Of a stretch of DNA of 64,000 bases, positions 11,618-26,017 are shown one piece after another. The translations under genes were made by a program, and so were the position numbers. The DNA comes from Antedon mediterranea (lineage: Eukaryota; Animalia; Echinodermata), in contig NC_092670.1 in the NCBI RefSeq assembly GCF_964355755.1, forward strand, positions 5,198,201 to 5,262,200, written 5' to 3'. The notes under the pieces are model-generated. The model did not search any database. It worked only from the letters and a program-made list of their open reading frames with translations, and was not told the origin of the DNA. Within the stretch, counting starts at the first letter, position 1; every line of letters starts with the position of its first letter.

Positions 11618-12692
11618 GACAAATCCACACATTAGATGTCGACAGGTTGTCGTCGAAGGTATTTACAGTAAAGTTTTTCCAAAAAAAAAAAATTGAATAT
11701 TTTAATAACTATATTTAGAATATTGTACGGATGAAGGGCTAGTGTTGCCCGAAAGCTCTGCTAACTTTTCAGGCTGTTTTACTTTATCCTTTTGAGACGC
11801 TGTTGGTAAAGACAAATTCACACATTAGTTTAAAGATGTCGACAGGTTGTTGTCGAAAGTATTTACAGTAAATAAAAAAAAAATTGAATATTTCAATAAC
11901 TATATTTAGAATATTGTACGGATGAAGGGCTAGTGTTGTCCGAAAGCTCTGTTAACTTTTCAGGCTGTTTTACTTTATCCTTTTGAGACGCTGTTGGTAA
12001 AGACAAATTCACACATTAGTTTAAAGATGTCGACAGGTTGTTGTCGAAAGTATTTACAGTAAATAAAAAAAAATTGAATATTTCAATAACTATATTTAGA
12101 ATATTGTACGGATGAAGGGCTAGTGTTGTCCGAAAGCTCTGTTAACTTTTCTGGCTGTTTTACTTTATCCTTTTGAGACACTGTTGGTAAAGACAAATTC
12201 ACACATTAGTTTAAAGATGTCGACAGGTTGTCATCGAAGGTATTTATAGTAAATTTTTTCTATAAAAAAAAATTGAATATTTCAATAACTATATTTAGAA
12301 TATTGTACGGATCAAGGGCTAGTGTTGCCCGAAAGCTCTGCTAACTTTTCAGGCTGTTTTACTTTATTCTTTTGAGACGCTGTTGGTAAAGACAAATTCA
12401 CACATTAGTTTAAAGATGTCGACAGGTTGTTGTCGAAGGTATTTACAGTAAATAAAAAAAAATTGAATATTTCAATATCTATATTTAGAATATTGTACGG
12501 ATGAAGGGCTAGTGTTGCCCGAAAGCTCTGCTAACTTTTCTGGCTGTTTTACTTTATCCTTTTGAGACGCTGTTGGTAAAGACAAATTCACACATTAGTT
12601 TAAAGATGTCGACAGGTTGTTGTCGAAGGTATTTACAGTAAATAAAAAAAAATAATTGAATATTTGAATGACTACTGTATACATAGAATATT
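11618..12692 (+). repeat. Tandem array, ~190-bp unit x5.5; each full unit carries a variant hammerhead motif
   Basis: CGGATGA-A-GGGCTAGTGTTG(C/T)CC-GAAA-GCTC starts at 11728, 11919, 12109, 12308 (CGGATCA) and 12498. Confidence 0.93.
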
Positions 12693-15600
12693 GCACAAAA
12701 TGACCGTCATACAAACATACAGTAGATTATTCCGGAAATGTTCCTATCATGTTGGCTAAATTTATTACCATTACTAAAATCGTTTGACGCAATGCAATAT
12801 TAAACAGCTGATTTAAGATTTTTAAGAAAAAAAAAGCTTCTTCAATAAAAAAATAACCAGTATTGAAATTTCTAACTCTATGAGATAAAAGGGACTAAAG
12901 CACTTATATAAATTGATCCTAACGGGATAGATTTGGACATGTTTTTAGATAAGATGAATTTTTTCAAGTCATCCAATCACGTACTAACGTCGTAATGCTT
13001 GAATCGTGTAAGATTTTAAGGTATAGATTTACAAGATGCTATCTTTATCGGACAATTAGTGCACAGTCGTTGACCAAATCTGACCCATCTTGACAATTTC
13101 AAATATAGGTCAAATATGTGTAGTACACTCTAACATCTTTATTAAGAAAAATTTATACAGTAACTATTTATAATATTTATACATTTTAGGTAGTGAAATC
13201 CAATATTTGATTTTTTAAAAAGTAACTATACTTTTATAGTCATTTTGAATACTTTATATATTGCTAATATTAATTAACATTAGTTCCAAAATGTAGAACT
13301 GAAATGATTAAAAATCATACTGAAATGAATTCACGATTCATTTCATGTATTTATCAACTCAAAGTGGAGAAAAAATCTCTCTATATAAAAGTAGTAAAGT
13401 AAAAGTCAAAACTGAAGTTTACCGTAAATCTTATAGTAAGTCAATATATAATACCCAATACTCTAATTGTAACCCATAAGAGGTTACAATTAGAGTCACA
13501 CAAACTATTGACAAAATGACTGTAAAATCAACATTTTTGATAAGGAGATCATGCATGTTGATCTCGGGAGTGGGGGTGGATTGAGTGTTTTTGAGTAAAT
13601 AAAGTTAGATTTCAACCAAATTTGTTTATTCGTACTGTTTTATTATTTTGCTACAAGTTTCTGACAGGAAATGTTGGGGGTGGGTTACTATTTTCAGGTG
13701 CCTAATTTAAGATTATTAATAGTAACCCACCATAAAAAATAATCAAAGAATAATAACCCTGGGTTACAATTAGAAGGTTTACAAGCCAAGGTGCTTATCT
13801 CCATTTCATTTAACCCCACTCCCTCACAAATAAATCAAATACCCGTACCCATTTTGTCCCCTTGGTGGGGAGGAACAATGTGGATAAAGAATCTTTCAAG
13901 GACTGGTCAGCGAAACGACAGACTCTAATGCTATAGCCACCTTTACAGTCTGAATATCTGAGCTTGAGATGATAACATTATTGTTTATATGCAAAAATCT
14001 AATACAAATTCAGATTAATGTTCTTGGGATTATAAAAAAAAAAATGTAAATGACACTAGCGAAAAGTCAAAGTGTCAAATAATTGTATGATTTATTTATT
14101 TTATATGAATATATTTTGTTAAAAATAGAAATATGATATTATAACTGCACATTATTAGAAGAGAAAGCAAGTCATGGTTTTCACATTACAACATTAACCT
14201 TTACCTTTATGTTTTAATGCAGTTTGGGATACTGTAAAGTCAATCAAAAATGAAACATGGTGTTATACTTTTTGTAATAAAAGATAGTGCATTGTCCAAA
14301 ACTAGAGTACAATCCATGGCACCACCATTAAACATACAGTACAAAAGCCTATGTATGTGCCAAATGTCTGAGAATTATGTATTTATTGTGGTGCAAGCTA
14401 AAGCTTATTTACAGCCAAATTACATACAATTTTGCTTACCTAAAGGCATGTAAATTAAGTATTTACTACACATAAAATTTAATACATACATAAATAAAAG
14501 CATGTTAAATTGTGAATTAAGTAGGCATAATGTAATTCCATTAAACAAATAATGAAAACTTTAGTTTGAACTACAACTAAAGTCCGGTTTAAGAATACGG
14601 GCGTCAGAAATTAGATTCAACTAATGTGCAGTAAACAAATTAATTTGTAGACAAATATCAATTTACCATACCATATTTACAATTGCACATTAACCTACAG
14701 TGTATGTAATTATGCATAAATTAATGATGAATTTATGCCATCTACAAAAGTAAACAATCAAAACATGAAATATAATGGATTTTGAAGAGATTACCATAAA
14801 TTTGAAATGTATGTATTCTACTTGAAGTAAGAAACAGATTATATGAAAATGTATCTAGGTCTCCATAATTTGTTGGAATAACATCAAAACAATTATTGTA
14901 TTCATTATTAGTTGATGCCATGATCAAAAGTCCTAGGATAGAAATCACTAAAAAAATGAAAACATAACTGTTTAAAGATATATTTTCCAACCCCCTTTTT
15001 TCAAATTTGTTGTTGAATATGCAATTTAAATATCACACAATAGTTATTCACTTCACATCATATTATTCCCAAAAACTGGATTGAAAAAAAAAATGACAAT
15101 AATTTTTGGTTAAAATTAACTGTTTCGTTTGTCTTTTTATAAGGAAATAATATTTTTTTTTTCACAGAAATTAATAACTTTAATATTAGAACTGCAAAAT
15201 GGCCTATTTAAAATATGATTTTACTAATCTTCATTTTCATGTTTTTGGGGACAAACATTTTTAAATATTATTTAATTTCTCAAATAATAAGTAAATAAGT
15301 AAAAACTAAATTGCTTATTAAAAAAGGAAGTGTATTATCCTTGCTGATACTAGCTAGCAGAGTGCTATAGTCACAAGAAATAAATTGGTGTAGTGATCAC
15401 ACAAAAGGTAACAATCTCAGTGCAGACCACAGGGTTGTCAATGGCATAAGTGGGACAAAGTTGTCAGGTTGAAACCTTACCATAGAGTTTGTACAATATA
15501 AGGATGCCATTTATAAACAATTAAAGTACCTTGTGTTATAAAGGTTAATCCTTGTTGGTTTAATTCCTGGTCTGAATGACTCAGTATTGATTCCTTGACG

Positions 15601-15799
15601 AAGATACTTACCTAATACCAGCCTTTTTAGCTATGATCTACGTATTTGCGGGAAGGGAGGGGGGGGGGGGTGGTTAATCAAAGTTTTTTTAAATTTATTT
15701 GATAGTGTTTCATGAGGGTGGCCCATTCAGCAAAGCTGATCATTGTGGTCCTCGACAAATACTCACAAAAATACTACACTTAAGATGTCAAGTTGCGAT

Positions 15800-16100
15800 A
15801 AGTCAAGTCAAGTCAAGTATCATTTATTATCATTTGTTTTAAGAAAAAACATAGAAAATTCTGTTTGCTCTGTTGGCGGAGCACAATATCCAACGGACAC
15901 AACACGAACTCAAAAACAAAAACATTACAAAAAAGTGTCTACATTATGTTTAAGGCTCTAATAATAGCTCCCGGAAAGAAACTATTTGTAAATCGTGCCT
16001 TATTGGCCTTAATAGAACGAAATCGCCGACCGCTGCGCATCAACTGAAACATACTAGAGGCCGGATGAAATTGATCATCTTTGATAGCCACTGCCTTTTT
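15800..16100 (-). mobile_element. 3' end of a Rex1/Babar-like (L2/CR1 group) LINE
   Basis: 16100-15939 translates to KKAVAIKDDQFHPASSMFQLMRSGRRFRSIKANKARFTNSFFPGAIIRALNIM*, matching the HP...F..L.SGRR.RS...R..NSFFP C-terminal pattern; followed by a 3'UTR, AATAAA and a (CTTGA)n tail. Confidence 0.85.
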
Positions 16101-16329
16101 CATTTGATATTTAAATTTTAATAAAAATTTACCATCAAATTTAAAATTGCTATTTAAGAAGAAGGTAATATATAAATATAAAATGTAGCAATTAAATATA
16201 AAAATACAAATTATTGATACACAAATGTTCTAAGATCATGTATACATATTTTAAAATACAGTTCAATATCAGATAATGATCAATAGTGACGAAACAATAC
16301 ACATTGTAGTGAAATCTGAGCTAAATGCT

Positions 16330-17330
16330 AAGGAAATAGGCACCACAGCCTTTGACAAATAAACTTTTCTTTAGTTACAGCTTCCGGCTTTATTTTTGCA
16401 ATTATTTTAATAGTGCCATTTCTTAAGTAATATGCTGTTAAATACAGGTAGGTCAAATAATGTGAGATGTGAAAAATTGTGCTACTTTTTTCAATAGTTC
16501 CCGATCTATATACATTTACATAATACTGTTTCATCGCGTATGTCGTCAGACGCAAGATTGCTTTGAAAAACCATTAATACTCATCTTTCAAAGTTGCTTT
16601 CAATTCAGAAACTCATTGTAATTCTATTTTTCATTATTTTTCATTATTCTCATTCGTAAATTTAACCATTTATAAGACCGATGCATGTTTCAATAAATTT
16701 GTCAGGCTTTTACATTTACACTGCACATAATAAATATCTTTGTTTTGACGAAACTGCAAGAGGCTAAACCTTGACGTCCTTTAAACTATCTTTCATAAAC
16801 AATAATGTATTACACGTCCACGAAAATAATCCTTCAAAGTACTGTTTCACATTTTTCTGTCTCGGCTTCTTCCTGGTGAATCAATCGTTAGGCTTACTAT
16901 AAGTAGGATCTATAAACTAAAAGAAATCTTGCCAAATATCTGCGTGAAGAATTATCTATCATCGCAGAACAACTGGCAGAAATAATTGATTACTTAAATT
17001 GTGGCATCAATCGTAATGGGACCGTGGTTATGTAAAGTTGTTGCAGTACAGAAAACATAACATCAGAAATAAATGTAATCGGCAGAACGTATTTGCAACC
17101 ATCAATTAGTGTTTGGTTTATGGATGATAATACTATATTCTGGTGAAAACAGCCACACAAACCCCGACATTAAAAAGCAGATTTTAATAGCTTGGCATCA
17201 AACATGACCTTTAATAAACATGACCTACGGAATTGTTTAATGCGTATAGTAGTCAACAATTTCGGCGAATGCGTCACTTATAAAAATCCATTTCATAAAA
17301 TGATTTTAAGAAAACGAGAAAATCTATAAT
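16330..17330 (-). pseudogene. Decayed Mab-21/cGAS-like nucleotidyltransferase (cGLR-type)
   Basis: Ordered motif remnants across frameshifts and stops: SFYE (17303-17292), AEIVDY, SGFVWL (~17167-17150), KYVLPITF, HGP (~17026-17018), FLPVV, L*RIIFVDV* (~16839; WRxSFxxxE-like), LTTYAMK+TVL (~16549; LSSYHLKT-like), YYLRNGTI. Confidence 0.6.
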
Positions 17331-17942
17331 GAAAATGGTATTCAATAACGAAAAGTCAATAAAATTGCCTTCGTTCTATACTTTTTTTTTTTTTAAAGTA
17401 GATGGGTTTTTCTTCAATACCTTTATTAAATTAACTTTATTAGTCCTAGTTCAAAATATTTCATGAAAAATTAATAGCCATACCTTGCGACTTCAAAATC
17501 CATTATTAAAAAAGTTAAAGTTTGCAGTTTTACTAAATGAAGTAAAAAAAATACATCAACAGTTTTGACCAATTAAATTGACCACTACTTTGTAAACAGA
17601 AGATGATCCTGGATTTACTGAATGCACAAAATATTAACATTTGTTGAGCAAACAATTAATAAATACCAAAAGACCTAGGCGGGATCTAAAATAATAGAGA
17701 AAAATAATTTATGCTTTAATTATACAACCAATGTCAAATCATAATGGCCATGTTTTTCATTTAATCGTCCAAAGGCATCATGGTATAGCTCTACGTAGAC
17801 TCATTTCACATCGGATTGATTGATGAGAAAGGAAATATTACATTCATGATCACCAATAGGCGAGGAGCATATAATTAGAACATATAGCTTCTGTCCACAC
17901 CATAAGTTAGAATACCAATACACGAATTTATGGCAAAAGATC

Positions 17943-18237
17943 ATAATAATAATTAATAATATCCGTTTTATAGTGCTTATTGCACAATGCTTCTAAGCGC
18001 CTCACATTATTACACCAGTCATTTTTTTTGGGGGATCAAACACGTATGGAAAGATACTTCAATAATACAGCTAGTAATCAGCTCAAAATTGTGTCTTGAT
18101 CTAACCGGGTACCCATTTATACTGTACACCTGGGTAGAGAGAGGCAGACTTAAGTAAAGTGTCTTGCCTAAGGATACAAGCAATGCAGCGAGAGTTGGAT
18201 TCAAACTCACGATCAGTAATCTGAGCCACACGCCCTC
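17943..18237 (-). mobile_element. tRNA-derived SINE (family C) with L2-like tail
   Basis: Minus strand B-box-like GAGTTTGAATCC, core TCCTTAGGCAAGACACTT...ACCCAGGTGT...ATAAATGGGTACC, tail GCGCTTAGAAGCA...AAGCACTATA plus (ATT)n; second copy at 44520-44793. Confidence 0.8.
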
Positions 18238-19126
18238 TAACTAACTATGAATGTTTGTATGTTATCACAAAGCAAACTCTATACCAAGTAGAATTAACAA
18301 ATTATGAAGGAGAATGTTTGGACATGTACTGGACATATTTTAAACGATTTAGGACCCCTGGGAAACAAACTTTATAGTTCAAAGGTTATCATGATTTTCT
18401 ATGTTGTTGCTGTATAATTGTTTCAAATTTTTGTATAATTGTTTTAATCAATGAATCACCTTTGTTTCACATGCATATCAGCACTTATAACATACAAGTT
18501 AAATGTACATTGTACCATATTATGTGTTTGAATAAAGATTGAATATACCACACATACTCACTAAACCCTCACTAAATGTTCTAAAAAGCATTGAAAGGTG
18601 TAATAAAAGATAAAACATTTAATTGGAAAGCACCTTACTTGTGTCAATACCTGGTCTAAAGACACATTTTCCATATAAAGCTATAATAAAACTAAAAAGG
18701 GCCCGTTCGGACGGGACTGAAACTACCGTGTACTTCCAACTGTGAGGTCGCGTGTGGCAATTAACTTACGCCTCTGGCTATAAAAAATTAGAAAACCATC
18801 TGGACGAAAAATCCACCAACTTTACTGGTTATTTCAATCACCTTCCAATTACACGCTGCCTCGGGGTATAATTAATCAAGCGTTAACGGGGTCATGTCAA
18901 ATCGCGACCTCAAATAAGCTTTCTGATTGTTTAACAATTATTGTTTAAAATGTTCTTTTTCGTTAATGCGAATGTATATCTATTGTTTTGTAAAATTATA
19001 TGTAAATAATCAACTCGTTGGTTTTTTTCCGGTGACCTGAACTTGCGAATTGGTGGCTTATAATGTACATGTAACGGCAGGGAGTTCTGTATTGTGGTAG
19101 CCTGGTGTCTGTGAATTACCACATCA

Positions 19127-19471
19127 ACCGTTCGGCTCGCACGATAAGAGGGGTACAGTGCGTGTTAAATGGAATTTTTACAACAATAGTTCGGCTCGCA
19201 CGATGAATGCACGTGGTGATTTTTACAAGAGGGGTACAGTGCGTGTACATTAAATGGAATTTCCACAACAATAGTTCGGCTCGCACGATAAATACACGTG
19301 GTGATTTTTACAAGAGGGGTACAGTGCGTGTACATTAAATGGAATTTCCACAACAATAGTTCGGCTCGCACGATAAATACACGTGGTGATTTTTACAAGA
19401 GGGGTACAGTGCGTGTACATTAAATGGAATTTCCACAACAATAGTTCGGCTCGCACGATAAATACACGTGG
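19127..19471. repeat. 85-bp tandem repeat (~4 copies) inside a probable degenerate TIR element (~18699-19812)
   Basis: Unit CCACAACAATAGTTCGGCTCGCACGATAAATACACGTGGTG...GTACATTAAATGGAATTT; imperfect inverted ends GTTCGGACGG.ACTGAAA / TTTCAATCGCCGTACGAAC. Confidence 0.85.
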
Positions 19472-20831
19472 TCAACAAACAACATACGTTAGCAGGATTT
19501 TCGATCATTATTTATTTAAAAAGTATTGAATTCGATGTATTATAAATATATAGGTCTGGTTGTCGATTGAAAAATAATAATTGAACGATTCGCGCGCGAA
19601 ACGACATGCAATATCCAGTTGAATTTGTCAACACGCCATGTCAATTGATATGGGTCGACGCACAGAGGGCGCTTTTTGACCTAAGAATTCCGATCTTAAT
19701 TGGTTTCGTGTCAGCTTACCGGTACTTTGTTTATTCGTACGAACGTCGTACGGGTTTTACCCCAAGGGTAAAAACCAAATAAACGTGTATTTCAATCGCC
19801 GTACGAACACGGTCATTGTTATAGTAATTAGTTTTCGCACACTTTAACAGAAAACAAATCGTTATCACACGTTATCCCTCAGGATTTATAAATCATCATA
19901 TCATACATGTTCAGAAAAATAAATTAACCTTTTGATGGTAAACACATTAATCAAAACATTTTTATAGATATATTAAAGGACATAGTTTAATAATTAGAAT
20001 GACAAAATGACATGGTCATTTGGTAGAAAACATTGTTGCTTTTAGATGGAAAAATGAGAGAAACAATTAGAGATTTTTTATATATTATAAAAATTACCTA
20101 AAAAAACAATACTCAATTTGGTTGGACACAGAATAAACATAAACAAATTAATACAGCATTCTGAAAATGCTGCAGAAAAAAAATGAAACCAAACATAACT
20201 CTAGATCATAACTTGCTACAATTACAATGACCCTTCAGGATCATTAAGACCAGGTGGTCTAATATTATTTACATAAACATAAAAAGAACATCAAATATAA
20301 CGCAAAGTAAGTAGAAGAATCTCATCCGAGAATATTACAAAAACTTGCAAACAAGCAAGTGAAGATATGACTTGACTAGATAAAAAATCTAATCTGTCTT
20401 TTTAGTTTATATATTTTAAGAAAGTGTGTCTCAATTTATAATTTGTAAGCAGTGAAAAAACATCTTTTCAAATTTAGCTGAGAGCATGAACAGAATTATT
20501 ATGATGCCTCTCCGACCTATCGTTATATATTTCTCTGTAGACGGTGTGATCTTTAGCATTCAAGGACTATGCGGTCTGCAAATGTAATTCTATTCCCAAT
20601 AGCAAAAATGTAATCGTAACTAAACTGATGTCATTACTTAGTCCAATGAAAGCTAAATAATAGATGTTACGATGAGAATTAGAACTATATTCTAATCTGT
20701 AATGTTGTATTCTATTACAGGCTGTATGCTATGCTGAATGATGTGTGCCAACGATATAAAGGTGAACTGCATTTAATAAATAAAAAATAAAGCCTCAATT
20801 ATAAGCAACAAGAAAACATTCGAAAGATCTA

Positions 20832-20970
20832 AAACTCTGTCTACACTATCACCAAACTAGTTTGACAAAAAAATAATGTGGTCAAATATGGTAGTGATAA
20901 TGCCCAAATTAATATGTATTGGTATTGATATGACATCATCATGTCCATATATGGGCACATCACATGTTTT
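20832..20970. mobile_element. Partial copy of the MITE at 10291-10422 (opposite orientation)
   Basis: CTCTGTCTACACTATCA..AAACTAGTTTGACAAAAAA...CATATATGGGCACATCA. Confidence 0.65.
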
Positions 20971-22356
20971 TGTTGTGAAGTATGTAAAAAGAATATTGAT
21001 TAAAGAAATTGAAATTTGGTCTCAATAAATAATATTTCACATAATTTCATAATAAAATTTAGGAATCATCATTATTTTGATTGGATAAAAGTAACCCAGT
21101 TGAAATCTCATTGGCTAGTGGTTGGAGGAGAATCAGAAAATATAAACATCATACCAACTGTAACCTGTAATATGCCATACTGTATGGTATAACAAATATC
21201 TATTTGGGTACTCACATAGATATTCAAACTTACCTACTATTACTATCCTAAGGTATTAAAAAAAATTTAGAATGAGCTGCAAAGCATCCTACTGATGTAT
21301 GGTGCGTGAAAAATTCCATAATATTAAAACATCTGCACTTTAACACTCAAATATAATAGTACATCAATATAGTGTACAAGGTCAAACACCTGATGAAAAA
21401 ATACAATCAAATACTATACAATGAGCGTCGATCATTAATAATATGTTGCTATTAGGTCTTGACTTACTGTACTGAGGAATAATCAATTGATTTTAATTTA
21501 TGGAAAATATCTCACTTTTCTGATTGGTAATGAATTAGATTTTTGTTACTGTTATGGCATCTGATCCAATTTTGATAAATCATGCAATAATATAAACTTT
21601 AAATTTAATTTTATAAGCCTACTGCAGATAGTTATCCAAGCTTCCAACAATTTGTGTGGGGAAGACCAAGGCTCACCTCTCATAAATATCATTGTCTTGA
21701 ACTTGATTACTGATGAGTTCAGAATTATCATGAATAATATCAATAATAATAAAGAGTACAAGAAAATGAATTCAATTTATTAGTATGCATGTTTAATATA
21801 ATGCATGCGATTAAAGCTTACATCTCAAAGTACTCCAACAAGGTCAGAATGAGAAATTCATAAATATTATCCGATTTATAAATTTCAAATTCTCGTTACG
21901 GAAAAATCTCTTCTAGTCTTCATTAATAATTGTTATGTATTATTTAATTCTGTAGAGATACAATTATTAAGAGGAAATTCATTTTTGAAAACTGAAGGGA
22001 AAACCCTGTTCAAAGAGAACCAATTACAAGCATACACACTAAATTAAATACACCCTTGACAATGTAGACTTAATAATCTAATTATAAAAATAATAATTTT
22101 TATCTGTACAGTAGCGCCATTCTAATGATCATTATATATGTCCACCAGCAGGGTATATTATTTTTATTTTTATTAGAAATTCAACACAATAGAAATACAA
22201 ATAAAACAATTTATTCATAGATGAAAAAAGAGGTACAATAATGATAATAATAACCAGGTTAATGGTGTGTCCAGAGAGGGGTAATCCCCTACCAATTCCT
22301 TGCCATAAGGTTGGGTTATGGTACTGTCTCAAACCACTTGGCCATTCACTCATTAT

Positions 22357-23885
22357 CTCAAAGCTATAGAGCCGGATTTTTAAATTTCAAACAAGATGCA
22401 GCCATATCACGTCTCAAAGATGGTACCGTATAGCCGTATTTGGTAGCTGATTTTGATGTGTATGTGACGTCATCCCGTCTTATGACAGATCATTACAGCT
22501 TCTTTTGCTGTACCCCGAGTATTGCACATTCGTGCTTGTTAACATTTTTTCTTCTTTCTAAAAAGTATGACATGCCACATTTGCCAAAATATTTATCTTT
22601 TTACCATATTCTAGCCAAATTGCATTTTAGAGTCTAAACCAGTGACACTCGACAAATCCTTAAAACATAATATGATGGTTCTATTCTAGTAATCTTATTT
22701 TATAAATAGACTTTATTAACACAAATATTTGTCTGCCATAAATTTGCATTTCTACAGATTTACATTTAATGACAGATATTGACTGACTTTTCACGATAAT
22801 ACTTTCAAATATTCCTATATTAAATCTTGTTTGCATAATTGATTTTATTCACTAGAATTTATTAGCTAACCGCTTTAATCTTGGCTTACTACTATACTAA
22901 AAGAAGAATTAACTTTTCAGAAGTCATTATTGCATACATAACAGTATTCTAGAAGTGTGTCATATTTACACTATGTGCTCGAGAGGAAGATATTAAGGTA
23001 TCATTTAAAACGAGCATAATTTTACTGAGACAGACAAAACAAAAACAACTCTCGAATTTAAATGTAGTGCACAATTTTTTTCAATTTTAATAATTTTGAT
23101 AATTTTTGCCATAAAGGGTCTAGTCTCTTTTTATAATTCACAATCAAAGACCAATCTGTGTGTGCAGCCTCTACTGGGTAATTACTCCTCCGCGGCTGAA
23201 ATCTAATGCAACCTATTTAATGACCTAGCCTACATTAGAGAATATAGAAGTGGCAGATTAATTTATATTAAAATACTTTGAACAATAGAACAAATAATAT
23301 TTCCTCATCGTTATATTAACAGAATTATTCGTTGAAGTACTGTATTTACTATTCAACTGCTTTGTTCATCTGCCAATCTACAGTATATTTGTGAAACTAA
23401 TTTCTCCATTCAACACATAACATTCATTATATTCCCATGAGTTAATATGATTGAAATTGAGTGTTGTTTTTAAGGTATACTGTATATTAGGCCATTTAAC
23501 CGGGTTGATTTGAGGATTAATAACACCATGGAGGAAAAAATAATTTTAATTAATTTTTTCCTCCATGATAACACTAAGAACTAGGCAGCCTATCCAGTGA
23601 CCCAGCAGATAGGCCTTTCCTTGATATTTGACTATAATATAACAAAAATTACCTTCTATATAGGTGAATTAAAACATTTAACATATCCTTCGGAACAATA
23701 TTTTCCTCTCTATAGTTTCCTTTAAAAACAAGCATGAATGTGCGATACTCGGGGTACAGCAAAAGAAGCTGTAATACGACCTGATGTAACGTCATATACA
23801 CATCAATAACCTAGCTACCAAGTACAATCTTCGAGACGTAATATGGCTGCATCCGGTTTGAAATTAAAAAATCTATAGATTTGAG
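22357..23885. mobile_element. Non-autonomous element with ~180-bp imperfect TIRs
   Basis: 22357-22540 (CTCAAAGCTATAGA...GCTGTACCCCGAGTATTGCACATTCGTGCTTGTT) is the reverse complement of 23727-23885. Confidence 0.85.
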
Positions 23886-26017
23886 GAAATGCCCCTGTAG
23901 TATATTTATGCCAAATCTCAGCGAATAAGGAAGGAGTAGTACTTTATAAGTCGCACTTTTTACTCAATAGTGTCCGGATGGAAGAAGAGAAAATCATTCC
24001 CTTGTACTGTATGTATACATAGCCTCCAATTAACTTAATACTGAAACAATTAGATAAATATACTGTAGATATATGGGAGGGAAATGAATTAAAAATAATT
24101 AAATCTGATTTCAAATCAAAAGCCTACTGTATACTGTATCAAGCAACAGCCGTGTATTTAGTTGCCAAGGTTTCATTCAAAATATCATTAAATTAAATTG
24201 ATGAAAATAAAAGAAGTTCTTCTGCAATACTTTCCGATTTTAATCAAATTCAAGGTTTTTCCAATTGCCAATAACAATGATGGTCAATGTTTACGATTAT
24301 GTTTAATTGCATTACCAATAATTGGCACATTCATACAAAACCTGCAAAATGGATAAGTTAATTTGAGACCTGAGACTTGCAGGGCATACACATTGAGCTT
24401 AATTGAACAAAACCCAAGGATATCACTGCAGTGCCAAGTACTGTATGTCTTGTCTATCAATAATCATAAAGTATGGTACAAAGAAAATGCTAGATAATAA
24501 GCATTTATAAATTTACTGAAAACAGTGGCCATTTTATAAATCCTGATTTTCAGGTTCGCACAATGTTTGAAATTGTTTCGCACATTCGGCACTGCTTTAA
24601 ATATATTATTAATAAAATAAAATAAAAATATGTTATGTCAAATTAAATATGTTAACTTGATCCATTTATCACTGAATTTAAATACAAGATGCCACTATTC
24701 CATATTCAGTTAGAGGCAGACATTTTCAATGTCATCATGCAATCCTAAGTCCCCATCCCCGGCACATCAAGTCATCTATTACTGTATTCAATAGTTGTTA
24801 ACCTCTCGTTACTTTACTATCAGTATTAAAATAACGTTATTCTTGTTTGAAGGTTTGCATGGCGAAATCAAATGTTGATATAAAGTTTGCAGTACACCAT
24901 GTATATTAGTTCTGAAAAGAACGGTTGCATTTCTCGACGTTTTGATCAATATGCTTTGATCGTCCTCAGGAGTGAGAATTTAACTTCTTATAATGTACTG
25001 CAATGCATTCGTTTGTTGTTAGCCGAACAATGTAAATCTTTTTTATATGTTTACAATGACAATAAATTTACTTACTTACTTTCTTACTTAAATTACAATG
25101 AAATTTATTTTTTTCATCAACTATTTAAAATGTATTGTTTTAAGTTTAAGTTTCATTGATACAACCACCAACATTGATATATTATCATTCCATTTCTATA
25201 TTTTGTCCACAAGCAACCAACTGAGTTTTATTGATGCTTGATGTACACTTAACTGTACTGGTAAATTTGATATGTATTTTGATTAAGTTTTGTCATTTGA
25301 TCGGAACCAATTGCCATGCATTAGACGTAGTTTGGTTAATTTTGGTTTTTATTTTTAACTCAATTTTGACATTTTGTGATGTCATTCAGATTCATGGAAA
25401 AATTGAATTTATATCAAAATGTCATGTATATTATTTTTAGTATTAAAATCAAAATTTATCTCCTCGATATCGATTAAACCTTCCGCAAGTAAACTGATCC
25501 GTTTGTAAAAAAATATTTTATTACGTAAACAACATAAAATGATTTTGGCTTCTGAGCAAAAAGAAAAGAAAGTAATTGTTTATTTACTGTATATGGTTAC
25601 CTTGGAAACCCTATTCAACATACTTTGTAGTTTTTAGTAGAATTAACTAAACTACAAAAAAAAGCAAAAGATCAATGCTATCAAATAGAAAATACATGTT
25701 CATAATTTAAGACTATTTAAACTCTATTCCTAGTCTTGTTTTGTGTTACTGACTTTCTGTTCCTGTTTTGCGATATCTTGTGATCCTGAATGTCTATTTT
25801 CTCTATTATAAATATGATTGATTTGTATACCATCAAATACATTCTTTGAACTCATTCAGAGTATATTATTATTATTATTATTGTTTAATCATCAATGTAT
25901 TAACTTTTATCGATTTCTATGTTTTCCCCAACAGGTTTTACAATACCATCAGAGAAGATGTCACATGTTTAGAATCTGCTTAAAAAACAAAAGTTCATCA
26001 CTGAAGACAATTATAGG

